Assembly (NCBI GenBank): GCA_036172245.1
Contig: JAYWIR010000023.1
Span: 2,852,001-2,916,000, forward strand
Direction: 5' to 3'
Source: Raillietiella orientalis
Lineage: Eukaryota
Length of the DNA stretch: 64,000 nt
Shown here: in pieces, positions 39,601-54,150 of the stretch
Layout of the letters: every line of letters begins with the position of its first letter
Position numbering within the stretch: the stretch's first letter is position 1
Made by a program: the position numbers and the translations under genes
Notes under the pieces: generated by a model
Told to the model about the DNA's origin: nothing
What the model saw: the letters and a program-made list of their open reading frames with translations, nothing else
The model's database searches: none

Positions 39601-42600
39601 CTCCCTCTCCCCCCCACGGGAGGGCGTTCTTCCTCGGACGCAACCCTCGACCGGTGTGGACCTTCCCCAAAGCCCCAGCTGCCTGAAGCGCCGGTCGCTC
39701 TCTTCCTGTCCCTCCTTTCTTCCTCCTTTTTTCCCCTCCCACGCAATTTCGTCCAGGAGCGTTCCCTCGGGGTGACCCAGCCAGGCGTTTCCCGCTGCTG
39801 CCTCCGCAACTGCCCCGGTGACCTCGCCGCCTTTTCACTCTCGCTGCCGTTTCGTTACGGCGCTTGCGCGCGCGCGTGCGTGCGATTCCTTGCTGCTCTT
39901 TTCAGCACAATGCAACAACCAGGGGGGGTGGAGCCGCCCAGGCGGAAAGCGCTGTTCTCCTGGAGATCGTCGGCGGGGCAGCGGGAGAAGAACGGTCGGC
40001 GTGCATGCGACCCTCCGGCAGCACTGTCCTTGGGGACAGTGCTGCCGCCACTGTCGGACCGATGGAAGCACCCACATGCGCTGCAAGCAAGAAAAGGAGC
40101 GGCCACAACCGAGTGGAAGGATGTGGCGGAGTTCTGCAAGTTCCTCATCGGGAAGCGTTTCTTCCCGAATCCTTTTTCCTGCCAGAGTGAGCACACTTGG
40201 GAATACCCAACGGCGCTTGGGCTCCTCGATGAGCTACCGGCGTCGCGCTAAGCTCATCGCAGGCACGACCCACGACTAAGAGCCGTCGCATCACCTTGGA
40301 GATTTCGAGCGACCTCTTCCCCTAGATGCGTAGGCCATCTCGGCGAGCGATTTATCGAGGGATCCCAAACGTGGTGCCATCCACCACGCCTCCGGCGGCA
40401 ACCGAGGCGGGTTTCCTCCTGAGGCTGGAACAAGGACGGGACCCTCCGGAGAGTCCCGTCCTTGTTCCAGACTCCGGAATCTCGTCGCCATCCCTGCCGT
40501 CGCCCACCCACCCTCCTTCTTCTCCCTCTTTCGTCTTTCCGGAACCTGCTCCTGGGACTTCCGGGACGCAGGGGGAAGGAAGAGTGGCGTGCGTGGTCCA
40601 GTTCGCTGGGCAGATAGCGCGCGGGTCCGGGAGCGACTCCTGCGCGAGACGGCAATGGTCTCCCCTTCCCTCCGGTACGAGCGATGCCTTCAGAGGACCG
40701 CGGAACGTGGCGACTCTGTCACTCCTCTCCCCCCCGACCTCGAGAATTCGGCGGTGGGTTCTCCGTAACACGAGAACGACTCGCCAACGGGACGAGCAGG
40801 AGGGAGGAACGAGGCGGATCGGGAAAGGCTGCGTCCTCCTGCGCGCGCGTGACGACGAGGGACCCCACCTGCGCCCGCGCAGGAATTCCGCAAGTGGAGG
40901 AATTCGATGTTTTCGAATTCTTGGACTTCTTCGGCCACACGTACTCGATCCGTTACCATCTCGGATCTGTCGTTAATTACATCTCACCAACCGCCTCGGG
41001 TTTTTTTTCCTCCTAATGGCCCGGAAAATTGCGCGGGAATTCGTGCCCGCCGACAAATCATCCTGGTTTTTTTCCGAACCCATCACTCCGTCTTGAGGGA
41101 TCCTCAAAAGAGAGCTGCGCTCCGGATTGGGTCTCACCCGCCGACCGTTTGTCTCTCGTCTCCCAGTGTCCGACGTTTGTGGCCCGGGAAAAACGGCTCT
41201 CGGGCTGCTGCTCTCTCTTGGACTCTCGGTCAGCATCATTCATCTCGACGCAGCACGCGGGAAAAAGTCGGTGGTTGTGAGTTCTTGAACCTTCTGCGGA
41301 AACTTCTCGCCGCACCAGACCCAGAAACCCTGACGGGGAGCATCCCAGATGAGCATCTTCAGGTGAAGAGAAGAAAGGGGAGAAGTAGGAGGAGGGAATC
41401 GCTCCTTCTTGCCCCTATTGCCTCTCATTTCCCGTCTTCCCGTCAGGGATTCCCCCCGGCCACCCGCTTTCCGTGCCTACTCTCGATCGACGAGCGCGCA
41501 TGCGCGCGCACCAACCCGTCAAGCAGGCTAGTGCGGAGGCTCTCTCCGTCATCTCTCCCTTTTGTGTCTCCTGCCTTCTCTTTCCCTGCTCAAAGTCGGA
41601 ATATCTGTCTCGGACCAGATGATCCGATGCCAATAATTAAGGACAGAGATTAGGGAAAAACAAAGGATCGATCCTCCTTTCCTCGGCATCGCGTTACGTG
41701 CAACCCGGAGCAGCAGTAGCAGCTGAGTATAGCCGCGGATATATGGGATTAAGTGAAGATTTGTTCGATTAATCAGCCGACTCGGAAAGTTTTTCTCATT
41801 GTCTGTCTGTCTTATCTATCTGTCTATTTCCTTTCTTCCCCTTCCCTCCCCCCATTCCTTTCCCCAACCCGTCTTGTTCCAAAAATAGATCCGTCCGGCG
41901 GGGAATCCAGGAGGTCTCGAGTTCACCGCTACACTTTTGACTGCACGTCACTTCTGTTCTTCCCTGGAGCTCGATCTTGGAGCCTTGCTTCCCACTACTG
42001 CGCTCTGGGAGCACTCCTTAAACTCGAGTGCCACCAAAGGACGCACATGCGTTCGAAGGAGAGAAGGGGGGAAGAAGTGGTGGCCGAGGAATGCGCGCGG
42101 GAGCCTGGCAGCCATCTTTCGACGTACTCGTTTCCGAAACCCTTGAAGCGCCCTTGCCGACCTCTCCGCGAACGCGAGACGCTGCTACGAACTGTTCCGG
42201 GTCTTGCACCGCTGATCCGAACGCTTTTCCGAGCCCAGATCCCATCTCGCCTTCGACCTCACTCCACGTTCTGGTTGCTCCCGACTGCTCTTCGTCCCTC
42301 CAGACTCCCGGAAGATGCCGCTAATCCGTTCCGATCTTACAGCCTCCCACGTCCGGTTTCGGCATGTCGTGCAAAGCAGTTCCCGGTAGACGACAACAGC
42401 CAGGAGCGATTTCTCTCCTTCGAGTTCCCTGGATCCTTCGGTGGATAGGCGTTGCTAGGCAGCGCTTAGCCACGTCTGAGAATGACGGTCGCGCTCACGC
42501 TGTGTTCCAGTAGTGTGAGCTCGCTGTCTCGTTGTTGGCTGCGTTGAATAACAACCTTTTATCACATGAGATACTCATCTCTACACTGGAGCTCAGCTAG

Positions 42601-43199
42601 GGAGACAAGGAGCAGTGCAATATTAATTTATTTATTCCGTGCTCCGCTATCTTATCGAACTATCTTCCCATGTTGTGGCAACAGCTTCATCCTGAAACAC
42701 TGTCAGAGATTTATTCAAGTCATCACCGGTGCTCTCCTCTGCTCACCGGAGAATGAGGGAACTTGGTGAGCGCCGACGGCGGCGACAACTGGGCACCCGG
42801 TGACTCGCGGATCTCGACCAGCGAGCGCGGGGAACACGTTTCTGTACCACCCTTGGGAGGCGTCCTTCACAGGAACCGATCCAAGGGAACGAGTGGGGAA
42901 GGAGTCCATGGTTTCCCTTCCACCGCTGGAAGGGGGATGATTGAGATGCACTACCTCATCACGGATATGGCTCGAACGTCAAACACGTGCAAAACTGCCA
43001 CCTGCCACTCTGCATTTTCTGTGTCCATACTCTTGTGTATATCTGTACACGCAGATATCAGGATAACGTGTAGGCATGCATGAGGAGGTTTCATACAACA
43101 AAAGTGGTTGTTCTCATCGTGACGTGCACACCATGAAGCTGAAGAATCTCTTTAGATGAAAAGTGTTCCCAAAGCTGTCCCTAAAAGTTGGGGAGAGGA

Positions 43200-44250
43200 G
43201 CCGATAGCCGCAGGCGCGGGTCTCTTCCTTCATAGCGATTGACGAATTTATCCGGAATTCGAAACTGAAACTCGAAATTTATCCGTTCTCGCAATACCCA
43301 ATTGGATCCCAGGAGCAGCACGCGCGTTTCGAAACTTTCCAGAAGCTTCCGTTCATCAAGAAGTAAAGAACGCCTGCTGTTCAGCACTTTCACGCCGCAA
43401 ACCAGTTCAATTTCTCGCGCTCCTTGGACGATACCTTCCGAAGAAGACGCATGCCAAAGCGCGAATTGAGCGATCACTCAAGCGGAAAGACTTCTGAGAG
43501 GAAACATTGGGGTGGAAGCCAATGCATCCTGAGCGCACGTTTGAACGGATTTCAAAAGGGATGATAGCTGAGCGAGACATGACGCTTGCTTCATCGAAGA
43601 TGAGCCATGCGGGCAAAAAGCAACAACAACAACAAAAAAAACAAAACATGCGAGGTGAATTTTAATGCGTCATCAGAATCGAAAGGTGATGATGACGCCA
43701 TGCCCTCAAAGCAGGAGTTTGCCTTCGGACGACCTGAACTCATGGTCGAAGGGATGAGAATTGTTGAGCAAAATCACTCTCGGTTCTTCATCCCTTTTGT
43801 TTTGCTCCTCCGGAAAGTCTCGATGACTCGAAGATGCAGGCAGGATGTGAGTTCGCAGTTACGAAATGGCGCGCACGGTGCAGGACAATCCACGCCGCGC
43901 ATGCTCCTGAAGATAAGCATTCCACTCCGAGTGTTGTAAGCACGTCGCGACGTCAGGAAGACGGGAACGCTTTGTCGAATTCCCGAACGCCATGCGAGTA
44001 CACCTACTGTGCGGGGGGAGGGGAAGGACTCGGGCGTGCTCGGAATGAAGCTCTGAGTCTCAGACAACAGGACCAGCGTACGGCAGAGCTCCTCGTCCTC
44101 ACGAGCACTTTGGTAAACTCAGGGAATGCTGGAATTTCAAAGTTCTCAAGAGCGATGCGAGTCCCGTGCATGCGTTGCTATGCAGAACTCCGCACTCGGC
44201 GAATGCCCTTCCCTGTGATGATGTCCTCGAGACAACCATTCGTTCTCCAT
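43200..44250 (-). mobile_element. decayed RTE-like LINE reverse-transcriptase/C-terminal relic
   Basis: In order on the minus strand: GRAFAEC (KAFDSV-like, ~44200), LENFEIP (~44140), SGIRQSVP (GVRQG-like, ~43975), EIRSNVRSG..GF (~43550) and DERKLLESFETRVLLLGSNW..ERI (~43340), spread over different frames. Confidence 0.5.
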
Positions 44251-45509
44251 CATCTGCCCGTGATAAAAAGGTGGCTATACTTTACCACAACGGGCAAAAA
44301 TGGAGCCTTGTGTATATGTGTACCCCAGTTTTATGGATAGATGCGCATTTTTCTCTCCTGCCGGGTGATTGGTTTTGTCATTATGAGAAGAAGAAGAACA
44401 AGAAGGGATGTGGGGGAGAGGATGAAGAGTACGTAAAAATGCGGAACATATGTTGTTTTTCTAATAATCTTTGTATCTTTTACAGATTATGGGATCCCAG
44501 ATGGGGTCGCCGGCTAATCACGGATATCAATCTGTCGGCCAGTCTGCCCATGAGATCATTTGGTCCCCATGTTATACAGTGATTCCGAAATTTACAAGCA
44601 ATGCGTGAATGCGGTAATGGTAATGACATTCATCATGAGCGAAAGGCTTGCTCGTAACATGGAATGAATAAATTCCTCTAGTACAAAAGAAGGAACACCT
44701 CTTGAAGATGGAAGGCAGTAATTGCAGTGGATTTCATGAAGATGCGGAACCGCTTTCATGAAATCCACTGACTCACCAAAAGTCAATAAAAATGAAATGG
44801 CAGCAGCAGCATCCCTCATTAGAAAGTGAATGGAGGTAGAAAATGGAAAACAAACTCTCTCGGAAGTCCCACTCAACTTTGCATGTTGCGTTCCGCAACG
44901 GATGCTACATGCGCCCGTTTCTTCGAACGTGAGCAAACACGAAAGCGTGTAATGCGGGCGTAGAAAAGTGCAAGTAATGGAAGGATACACTTGGTACGTA
45001 CGCGTCCACGCAGAAACGTCATGATATGTACCTTGCCGTTTGTACAAATAGACTGGCAATGCTAGCTGAATCTAGATGCGTGCCAACTCAAGTGCACATA
45101 TACTACAAGTGCACATATGTGCGCATTTGGATGCTGGAACGAGTTTGCAGGGAGGGCACAGGGACACAATCCACACTTTATTTATTCTGTTTTATCTTTT
45201 TTTTTTTTGCAACCAACTCGGTTTTTGTTTCATCGCCGTTCCTTCCTGGTAGCACACGAGGTTTTGTTCAATGATCTCCAAAGGAAACGATTTATTGATC
45301 TGTTCTCAACTAGCTATCGTCTCCAATCTCTCATCGAATAGTTTGATAAGAGATAGGAAGTGAAATTCCAAGTGGCTAGAAAGTCTATTTGCATCCCTAC
45401 CGACTGGCCCATCTATCATATTACCTCCATTTATTGTTTCTTATCTCTGATCTTTCGTGGCGGCTGGCGCTCAGAAGTCCATCGATACTCCTAGAATGGT
45501 CTTGCCTTC

Positions 45510-45830
45510 TGAATGGGCATCCGTGGAGAAGTCTGTGTGCTTGGGAGAGCCACGTTCTCAACGGTCGTGTTCCCTCGTTGAATCCGTTGTGTTTCCACTG
45601 CACTGCCCCAAACAGAATGCTTGCTGAGAAATCCGAATTTTTCCGAGGTGCTGCTTGGCACTCTAAGGGGGACAGAGCACAGATTTCACAGCAAGGACGA
45701 CAACGTCCATGGCGCTACCTCTGTTATTTGGTAGGATATTTCCACCGAAAATCAGAAATCAATGAAAACAGGACTACTAACAAACACAACTACCCACACA
45801 CACACCATGACCATTTCATGTTGCACAGAT
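45510..45830 (+). mobile_element. possible LINE AP-endonuclease relic
   Basis: NGHPWRSLCAWESHVLNGRVP and a later HDHFML resemble the LINE endonuclease motifs NG..L..LC....L.ILNGR and SDH. Confidence 0.3.
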
Positions 45831-48800
45831 TTCCCTCTTTGAAAGGGAAGGAAGGACTGTCCTGCGTAGTTTATTGCTGGAGTATGTCTACACAGCTGCT
45901 CCTTGGCGAGAATACCCGGCATCGAAGCCAACGGCTGACAAAACCGATGATGACCGAAAGGGATTCTGATGTGTCTCCTCTCATGAGTCAACAGAGCACG
46001 AATCGAAGCGCTGCCTGGACTGCCACTTTGAAAGCTGGAAAGATCGCTGGAATGGGATGAGAAGCGAGGATTCTGAGAACGAGCATCTGTGCTGGCTGTC
46101 AAAGCGCAAGAAAGGAGCATCGCAGGAAGGTCAACGACGAATGTCTTCGAAAGTCAGAAGGGGGGGGGGGAGGGCAATCTTGGCTGGAAAAAACGGTTCG
46201 ACTGTTCTGACAGGTGGCGGTCATATTTTTGCTGTTTCGCCCGGCCGGCGCGCACAAGGACAAGCAGTGTCGTGTGAGCTTCCGAGGTCAGTCGCTTCGG
46301 GGAAGCAGGAATAGGTACTTCACTCTATCGAAATTTCGGTGGAAGGCCTTTCCTTCAAAAAGCGCTCTTCTCCCCCAGAGCTCACATAAAGGTGCCTCCA
46401 ATGCTCGGAACACCTGTGGCATGCTTTACATCAGTCACCACGCCCGTTTTCATATGGTCCAGATGATGGTTTGCGTGAGCTATTCTCACGCGGCCTCCTG
46501 AAATAATCGATTTCACAAGCGTTTGTTCATCTCCGTCGACGACGGCATTCTGTAGCAGTTTTCGCCTCCTAGCAGGGAACATCCGTTCTTTTTCAAGGGA
46601 AGAACACTTTAACCCTCGTCGCATTTTATTTAGAGGATTATCGAATCGGTCCCGTCCGGATTCCTTCATATGCGGCCCGGAATGACCTCTTGACCTCATC
46701 AGATCGGCTCGCTTCCACATCTGCCCACTCCGCTCCAAGTACTGCTTCGAAAAATTTTTCATGTCTGCTCCACTCCATTTCTTCCGTGTTCCACGAACTG
46801 CTCGAGAAGCCCGAAGAAATTCCCATCCGAAGATCGATCATCCCAATTCGTAGTACCTTCGGGATTTTTTTTTTTTCCGTCTCGCTAGCTTTGCATTTCC
46901 TCCTTTCTTGGAAGATTTCGCATGCTCTTCCGAATCCGGTTCCGATCTTGGCTCTTAGCGCAGAGATGCCGCAGTCAAGGTTCATTAACTCTTATCTTTG
47001 CTTGCAGGAGTCCTTCCGGTTTCATTCCCTTGATCCGAGTCCTAACTGAGGTGTCACGGTAATCTTCAGAACACCAGAACGCGGCTGCCACTTCTTGTCC
47101 TTCGCGTTCTTGGAGCTTTCCTCCACCACGAGCAGGAACGGAGGCAGTCAATCATCCCATTTCATGTTTGAAAGAATTCGTCTTTTCCGACGATCAGAGG
47201 ACGACGCTTTCCTCTCCTTTCGTCTTTCGAAATTTTATGGTGGAACCAGTGTTGCCAGAATCGGCACAAGAACTTCCTAAGCGATTTCTCGGTTCTTTCG
47301 CATGAGAACAGGTTGTGTGTGCCTGCAGCTATCTGTCCGACGAAGACGAGGAGGTTAATCAGCTCGATACTCCTGCGAGGTTCGAGAAAGACCTTTTGTC
47401 CTGCGTCACTCAACCGTGAAGTGCTTGCATTTTCTCCTGATGTGCGCGAGGAACCTCTAAGAAAAAAGAATCGTCTACCCTCCGCGGAAAATTGAATTTG
47501 TCGCTCTGCACGTGTCTTTTGAAGGAAGACATCCGAGCAAGTTGATGGAAACCAAGGAGGCTCAGGAGCCCAGGAAGGAGGCGAAAGTAGGATTCCGCGA
47601 TTCTCAAATAGATCACATGAGGATGACAAGAAAAAGGGAAGAAAATGAAGAAAAAAAAAACCCCAAAAAGCGGAAGATCCTCTCTCACCGCCGGTGAGTT
47701 TAAAGCAGCAGGACGAACACGCGTCCTGACTCTGGCAACTCCGGTTTCCTCTTTCGCCTCTCCAGACTGCGCCCGCTCGAATCAAGTTCCTCGGATGCAC
47801 TGAGGTTCTCTTTTCCAGTTCCACGCAGGAAGATACTGGAGAACTGTTGCCGGATCTGGAGAGCCGCGTAAGCCGAAAATTTACGGGTCTTCACGAGGTG
47901 CGCAAGCTGTAGCTTGCTGCTGCTGCTGCTGCGGCGGCTTCTTCAAATTTGCGTTACGAAAGCGAGTCGTAGTAGGTCTTGTTCTTGACTCACCAATTCA
48001 GCATTAAAGCACTTAAAAAAACACTTGTAGCCCTTCCTATCTGGCTTTGCTCACACCTCTCTCTTTGCAGCCATGTTCGGCGGACCGCTCCAGAGTGCCC
48101 GGGACCACATCGAAACAGGAGCGACGGAGAAAAAATTTCAGCTGCGGCACCTTCTCTGAGAAGCATCCAATGATTGGGGCGGTTATCATGGATCCCGTCC
48201 TGCAGGAGGGAGTCGGCAGTCATTTTGTACGCGGGTGTTTTTCGATTTCCCCGTAGTCGGCTGTTGGGACATTGCGGTTGTAGAAGGGTGGGGCTGGCAG
48301 CATCTCTCGAGGACACTGCTGGGGAGACACGGGTTCAGCTAGGTTTGGCGAACGAGAAATCCTAAATATCCGGATCTCAGGAAGAGCGCACTTGTCTTCC
48401 CGAGATTGCAATTGTGATGGCCCATCAGGAAGAACAAGGGAAAAGGTGACACCTCAGCACCATGCGATGGTGCAAGATTTGATGGTTTTGAAAAGGAAAG
48501 GCTTTGGCGGGACTCTTTGGGTTCTCTCATTCAAATTCTGTTGAACAGGAGACCGCAATTGATTTTTTTTTTTCTATCTCTTTCTTTTTTTCAGCAACCC
48601 CTTCTACATTTCCACTTTTGGGAAGATTTATGAACTTTCTACCGAAAAAATGAAGGAAAAAAGAGAAAAAAAACAATGAGGGGTAATTCCTTCCTTTCGG
48701 GGGGGGGGGGATTCATAACGATCTCCCTTAATTATCAAGACATGATGCGAAGGGGGAAACTCCATCCGGAATGGAGTGCGTGTTTGCCAGCAGACTGTGC

Positions 48801-51800
48801 TCCTCTTCGGTCGCAATGCAGCGGAGGCGCGCCCGCCAGGCTCTCTCTGTTTGCTCCGGGAACCTGGAGTCGGCCGATGGCTCGCTTCTCAAGACGGAGC
48901 AGCTAGGATACCGCGACGGACCGTGCGCTGTGCCTCTTCTACGAGCGACGCCGGGAAGCGGTCGATAGTTGGCCGTGCTGGAGATGCCTCGTCGATCGTC
49001 GTCATCCCGGATGCGCCGCACGGGGGTTCCAGACACTCCCTGGCTCTTCTATAAAGAAACGCGACCTCCCTCCCGTCAATGTCCGTAAGCTTTTCCAGAA
49101 TCGGCTTCCGCCGTGCGGCAGCATCGCTTCACCCTTGGCAACCACACGCTAGATTCTGCACTACTGCGAAATCGCCCCGAGGAAACTTAGAGATCAGAAC
49201 CTCTGTGACACCCTGAGAAGCTTCTTTGCCTTGTCAGCTGCCTCCTGCCATTCTGCTTGCTTGCCATTCCATCCGGCATCACCCAATCCTGCACCAGCCG
49301 CCGATTGAGAAGAGGACGCCGCACTTGCGCATTCCTGTAGGAATCTTGTTGACTAAGAAAGTCGGCTGCAAGGACGATGACCCTGGTGACTCATTCAGTT
49401 CCGCCGACCCGCGCCGAAACTCCCCGTCCGCTCTGAAGGCACCCTCCCTGCGCCAATGAACGCATCATCGGGGGGCAGCCGAGGTCAAACGCTGGTGCAC
49501 CTCGGTCGACTCCGGGCTGCTCGGAAGACCTGCTCTAGAGACGATAAAAGATGCAGGCGTAGAAACGCGTGGAAGTTGCTGAGAAAAAATGCTGGCTCTC
49601 TGGCCAGCATCCGAGGCATCTCCAGGTCAATAAAAACGGGATGCTGCGGTGGTTTGGTCCTCCGGGCCGTCGCCGCTCTTCCTGCAGGAGCTTCCTGCAG
49701 AAAGCTGCTGCGCTTCCTCTTGGAGACTCCTCGCATGCCGCGAGCTTCCTGGTCTCTTCCCCTCAAGGACCTTCGAGAGGGATGGCTTCTTCCCGAGGCG
49801 AAGGCTGGTCCCCCCGGGGAATGAGGCCTCCCTTATCCATCCTCTCCTCGAGGATCACTTCCATCCCGAGGAGCCAACCCGATTTCCGTGTTTGCGTTCC
49901 CGGACGAGGCTCAAGGAGCAGCGCTTGGCGCGGGTGTCAGGGGAGGCCGGGAGACAAGGCAGAATTTAAAGTGAGGATGCAGGAGGGAAGCGTCTTGATT
50001 AGAGGAGTCCTCGGCTTCCGGTAATCTGATAAGAGGAAGCAGACGCAGATGCGTGGTCTCCGTGCATCTCGCTCCCCCGCTTTGAAGGCGGCCGCAGGGA
50101 CGCCCGACCTCCGATGGTGTGCTCGTGGGAGATGCGGACGGTCCTTCCTCCCGCGACTTCCGGGTTCCACACGGAAAGAGCCGGACGAGGGAGGATGCGA
50201 TTGATCAGCGTCGAGGGGAGGCGGTGGGGACAGCGGCGCTGAGGACGCGTCTCTAGACCTTGTCGTCACAGGGAATGGGGGGGGAGGGAGGGGCGGAAGA
50301 GAGAAGGCGAACCTCGCAATGCTCTTCCATCTGGTTTTCCAGGACTCGCCCACCCCTCCTCCTTCTCCTCCCTTCTTCACTCCGGGAGGCCGGCGTCTGC
50401 CTCTCGCTGGAACCACGAAAGAGCAGTCGGAAGTTCCTGATTGCTGATGAAAGCCTGGGTCGCACCTTCCCCTCCCCTGTGCGCTGACACCGGCAAGAGG
50501 ACGTTTTTCGGCGGGCGCGGCGGCGCGGTCGTCCTCAGCGGCGGGCGGGCGGGTGGGCGAGCGAGGAAATGAAGAGGTGAACCCGTCGGCCGGGAGGGAT
50601 CTCCGCGGTGGAAGCGTGGAGAGCGCTGGAGGGAAAGCAGCGCAAATTGGTCAATTAGGCCGTTCCTCTCTCTTCCCAAAATTGGACACCGTAATCGCGG
50701 GTAATCTGTCAAGATGGGATAAGTGAAATAGGAAGCTTTCTCTTTTCAATTATTGAACCACCACCACCGCTGCACACATCGTGATGTTTCTTCTTGCTGC
50801 TGCTCCTGCTGACTGGTTTGCTTGTTTCTTTTTTTTTTTTCTTCCGAGGAAAAAAGGAGCGAGAGGAGTTGAGAAAGGAAGAGGAAAGGGGGGAAGGGGA
50901 GGAGGGAAAGAGCCGGGAGGTGGGAAGGCGAGTAAAACTTGGAGCGCGCGCGCACGCGAGCAGGGAGGAGGAGAGCAGCAAAAGGAATCAGGCGCCCCGC
51001 TCACCGAAGAACTGAGACCAGAGCAGGAGAGGAATTCACGTGGATGTCCGACAGCGGAGGGTTCCTTGTCTTTTTTTCTTTTTTTCTTCTTATTCCCTCC
51101 TCTCCATCCCCCCTTCCCTTTATTTTCCCTTCTTCTTCTTCTCCTTTTATCTTTCGCTCGCGTTTCGTCCGGAAACCGCAGGCTGCTCCTTTCTCCGGGC
51201 TTTTTTTTTTAGATGCTCAGTCCAAGGAGGAATCGCAGCCAGCGTTCCAGGGACCGCAAACGCGATCTTCTTTTCTCTTCCTTCCCAATAAGAAAAGGAG
51301 AGTTCCCGTGACGACGCCGGCGAACCCGTGGTCACTGCGACCCTGGCAGGGATGTCTCCAGAAAGCTCCTGCACGGATCGGCCTCGTGCACGGTTTCGGC
51401 AGGAGCTCTGGTGGGGAGGGGAGGAGGAAGAGGAAGCGCCGATCTATCCCGGCATCAATAAGGGAGAAAAGGGGGGGAAGCGCGCGCGCAAGCGGCCTTC
51501 ACGGACGGAGGGAGCGGAACGGTGCCAACACCCGCCTGGGCGCTGCCCCTGACCCAGGGAGCTCCCGCGCGCGCCTCGCGGTGCGAACAGTGAGGTCGCG
51601 CCTCCTCCAGCTGTCGACGGAGGCGCGGAAGCTCGATGGATGGATCGCGTGCAACCTCCGCAGCTGCCGCTACCACGACCCTCCTCCAAACTCCATTTTT
51701 TTTCCCACTTCTTTTTTCCTCCTTCCAGCCCCCCCCCCCTCTGCCCCTCCCCCAATCTCCCCCTTCTTTCCCCCTTTCTTTTCTGACTAGCGCCGCTTTG

Positions 51801-52535
51801 CAAGGAATTTCAGCCGCCCGGTCCGGCTGCTGCTGATGCGAGCGATCAGTCAAGATCTCCCGGATACGCCGCTCATCACGTCTGCTCGCTAACCGGAAAA
51901 TTTCGGCTCCCTCCCTCCCCTTCCACTTCCTCTTTCCGGAGTCTGCGCGCTCCTCTACTCCCGATCGCAGGGGCGGGAGAGAGATCGACGGGGACTGGAG
52001 GGAAGCGCCGCCGAGAGCGCGGGAAAAGGCACGCCGTCCCCATCCTCTCCTCCCTTCCCTGGGGAACGAGTGCCTCGGCTCCCGGAGGGAGGCAGAGGGC
52101 GGAAGAGCTTCGCATCCGTCTTCCCGCTTCCCGAAACGCTTCTCCTGCTTCGGCGCCGGACTAGGCTCAGTGCGCGCGTCGTCGGCGAAGCGACGCCGGG
52201 CGGCTACTCCTCCTCCCCCCCTCCCCTTCCTCTCCCGTAACCGCGGTCTCTGCTGGCTGCGAGGAACATCAACCGCCTCCTGAGAGAGTGGCAGGGGGAA
52301 GGGGTGGGTGAGTCGACGGGGGGCCAGGATGTGTGCCTACCGAAACCTCCCGCCCGGGCTCGTGGCCGTCGCCGTCGCCCGGCGCCGTCTCGGCAGGAGC
52401 AAAGGGACGAGGGCGAGCCGGTCCGCACACTCGGCAGCCCCTCCCGCCGATCCGGAAGGGGCGACGAAGCGGGAGAAACGGCCGTTGACGAATGGGTCTT
52501 CGGCGCCGGCTGCTGCCCGACCAATAGCGGGGGGA

Positions 52536-52562
52536 GGCGGCGGCGGCGGCGGCGGCGGCGGC
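52536..52562. repeat. (GGC)9 microsatellite
   Basis: Nine perfect GGC units. Confidence 0.95.
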
Positions 52563-54150
52563 GGTACGGACGACGACCAAAGCGGAGAGCCAAAGAGCGA
52601 AAAAGAAAAAAAAAAAAAAAAGGAAAAAAAGAAAGATGGTAGCGTAATTGGGCCCACAGCTGTCGGGGTAGGAGGGAAAATGGGGGGAATGCCTTTGGCT
52701 CCCTCACCCCCCCCAACCTCTTCCTCCTCCTCCTCCTCCTCGTCGTCGCCGCCTTCCTCCTCTGCGGCCACGACCACCACCGCTGAGGACCGAGGGACGC
52801 CCCCCCCCCTCGAGGAAGCATCCACGAGCCTCACCGCCATCCTGAGAGAGGCTGCAGAGTTTCCGGAGGGCATCCCGTCCTCCTGGATCCCTCGCAGGAC
52901 GCTGCCGCGACATCTCCACGGGGGATCGTGAAAGACGTCGACCCCGCCTTAGTCGCTCGCAGCTCCGCGGGCAGCCACCGACGCGCGCGCGCCCAGCCAT
53001 CCATGCGCGGCAGCAGCGCGACAGACGGGTCTCCCGGGAAACACCGCCACCGCCGCTGTGCCGGGGCAGATGCGCAACTTCTATTCTCCTCCTCCTTCCC
53101 TCCCTCGCTTGGAGAGGGCGAGAGGATGAGAAAATGAGGGCCGGATCCATCCCGCTCGGTCCATGCCCACCCCTTCCGGCAGGCGCAGAGGAGGGAGGGG
53201 GCGACGATAGTCGTCGCACGAGCATCCGGCTCCGCTGCAGCTTCCTTTCCGGGAGGAGGAGGAGAAATCCCCCTCCCCCCGCGAAGAGCAAGAGGCCACC
53301 TCAAGGGGTCGACCTGGAGACGGGGCCTCCCGGAGTTCAGAGGGAAGGAAGGGACGGAGGCTTTGGGCTCCCTGAAGACCGGAAGCCTCCCCTCGCTCTG
53401 AGCCCGGCAGGCGTTCTCCCTCTTCCCGGAAGCCACGAAAAGTCCTGAAAGGGCCGCTCTGGCATCGCCCTCAACGCGTGAAGGGAGGAGGAAGGGCCGG
53501 AGTATGCTGGAGCTCGGCAGTTCTCCAGGGGCTCGTAGCGGTGACCACTGCCGCACGGCAGCTCCCAGCGCTCAGGAAACTGGAAGCCTCCCGGAAGAGG
53601 AGGGAGTATCACGCAGAAGCTACGTCATTCGATTTGGGAACGCGGAGATCTCTATAGGGGCACCTCGGTGGATGCATCTCTGCACGGGGGGTCCTCCTCG
53701 TCGTTAGCTGCACCTGTCTCCATGACCAGATCTGGCCTCCAGCGGGTTAGGAAGCGGGCCGAGGAGGTGGGAAGAAGGGGAACGGGGATGCTTCCCCTCC
53801 CATCTCTCGGGTTGAACGGAGAGGAGGTCAGGGGAGCGCCTCCCATGAGGCCCCGCCATCCCACAGCACGCTGCGACTCCACCGCCTCGTGGAAGGGGGA
53901 ACGCGGAGGAGCACCTGAGGGAGAGGGAGGGGAGGGAGGAGCACGTCCCCCCCTTCCCTCCCCCCCCTGACCTTAGCAGGCGGCGGGAAGAAGGAGACTC
54001 GGCCGGCGCCCTTTCTTTCCCCCCAACATCCCGATCCAGGGCCCTAGAGGAATGCGCCGCACACACCCTCTGTCCCCACCGCCGCCCGAGAGCGCTGCTG
54101 GTCGAAGCGTGGAACGCCGCCGTCAGGGATGGCACCTTCCTCCGCCGGAG

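Noticed and set aside
27000..42400. Many 100-310 aa ORFs on both strands
   Set aside because: Overlapping R/G/P/S-rich translations of GC-rich low-complexity DNA, with no domains.
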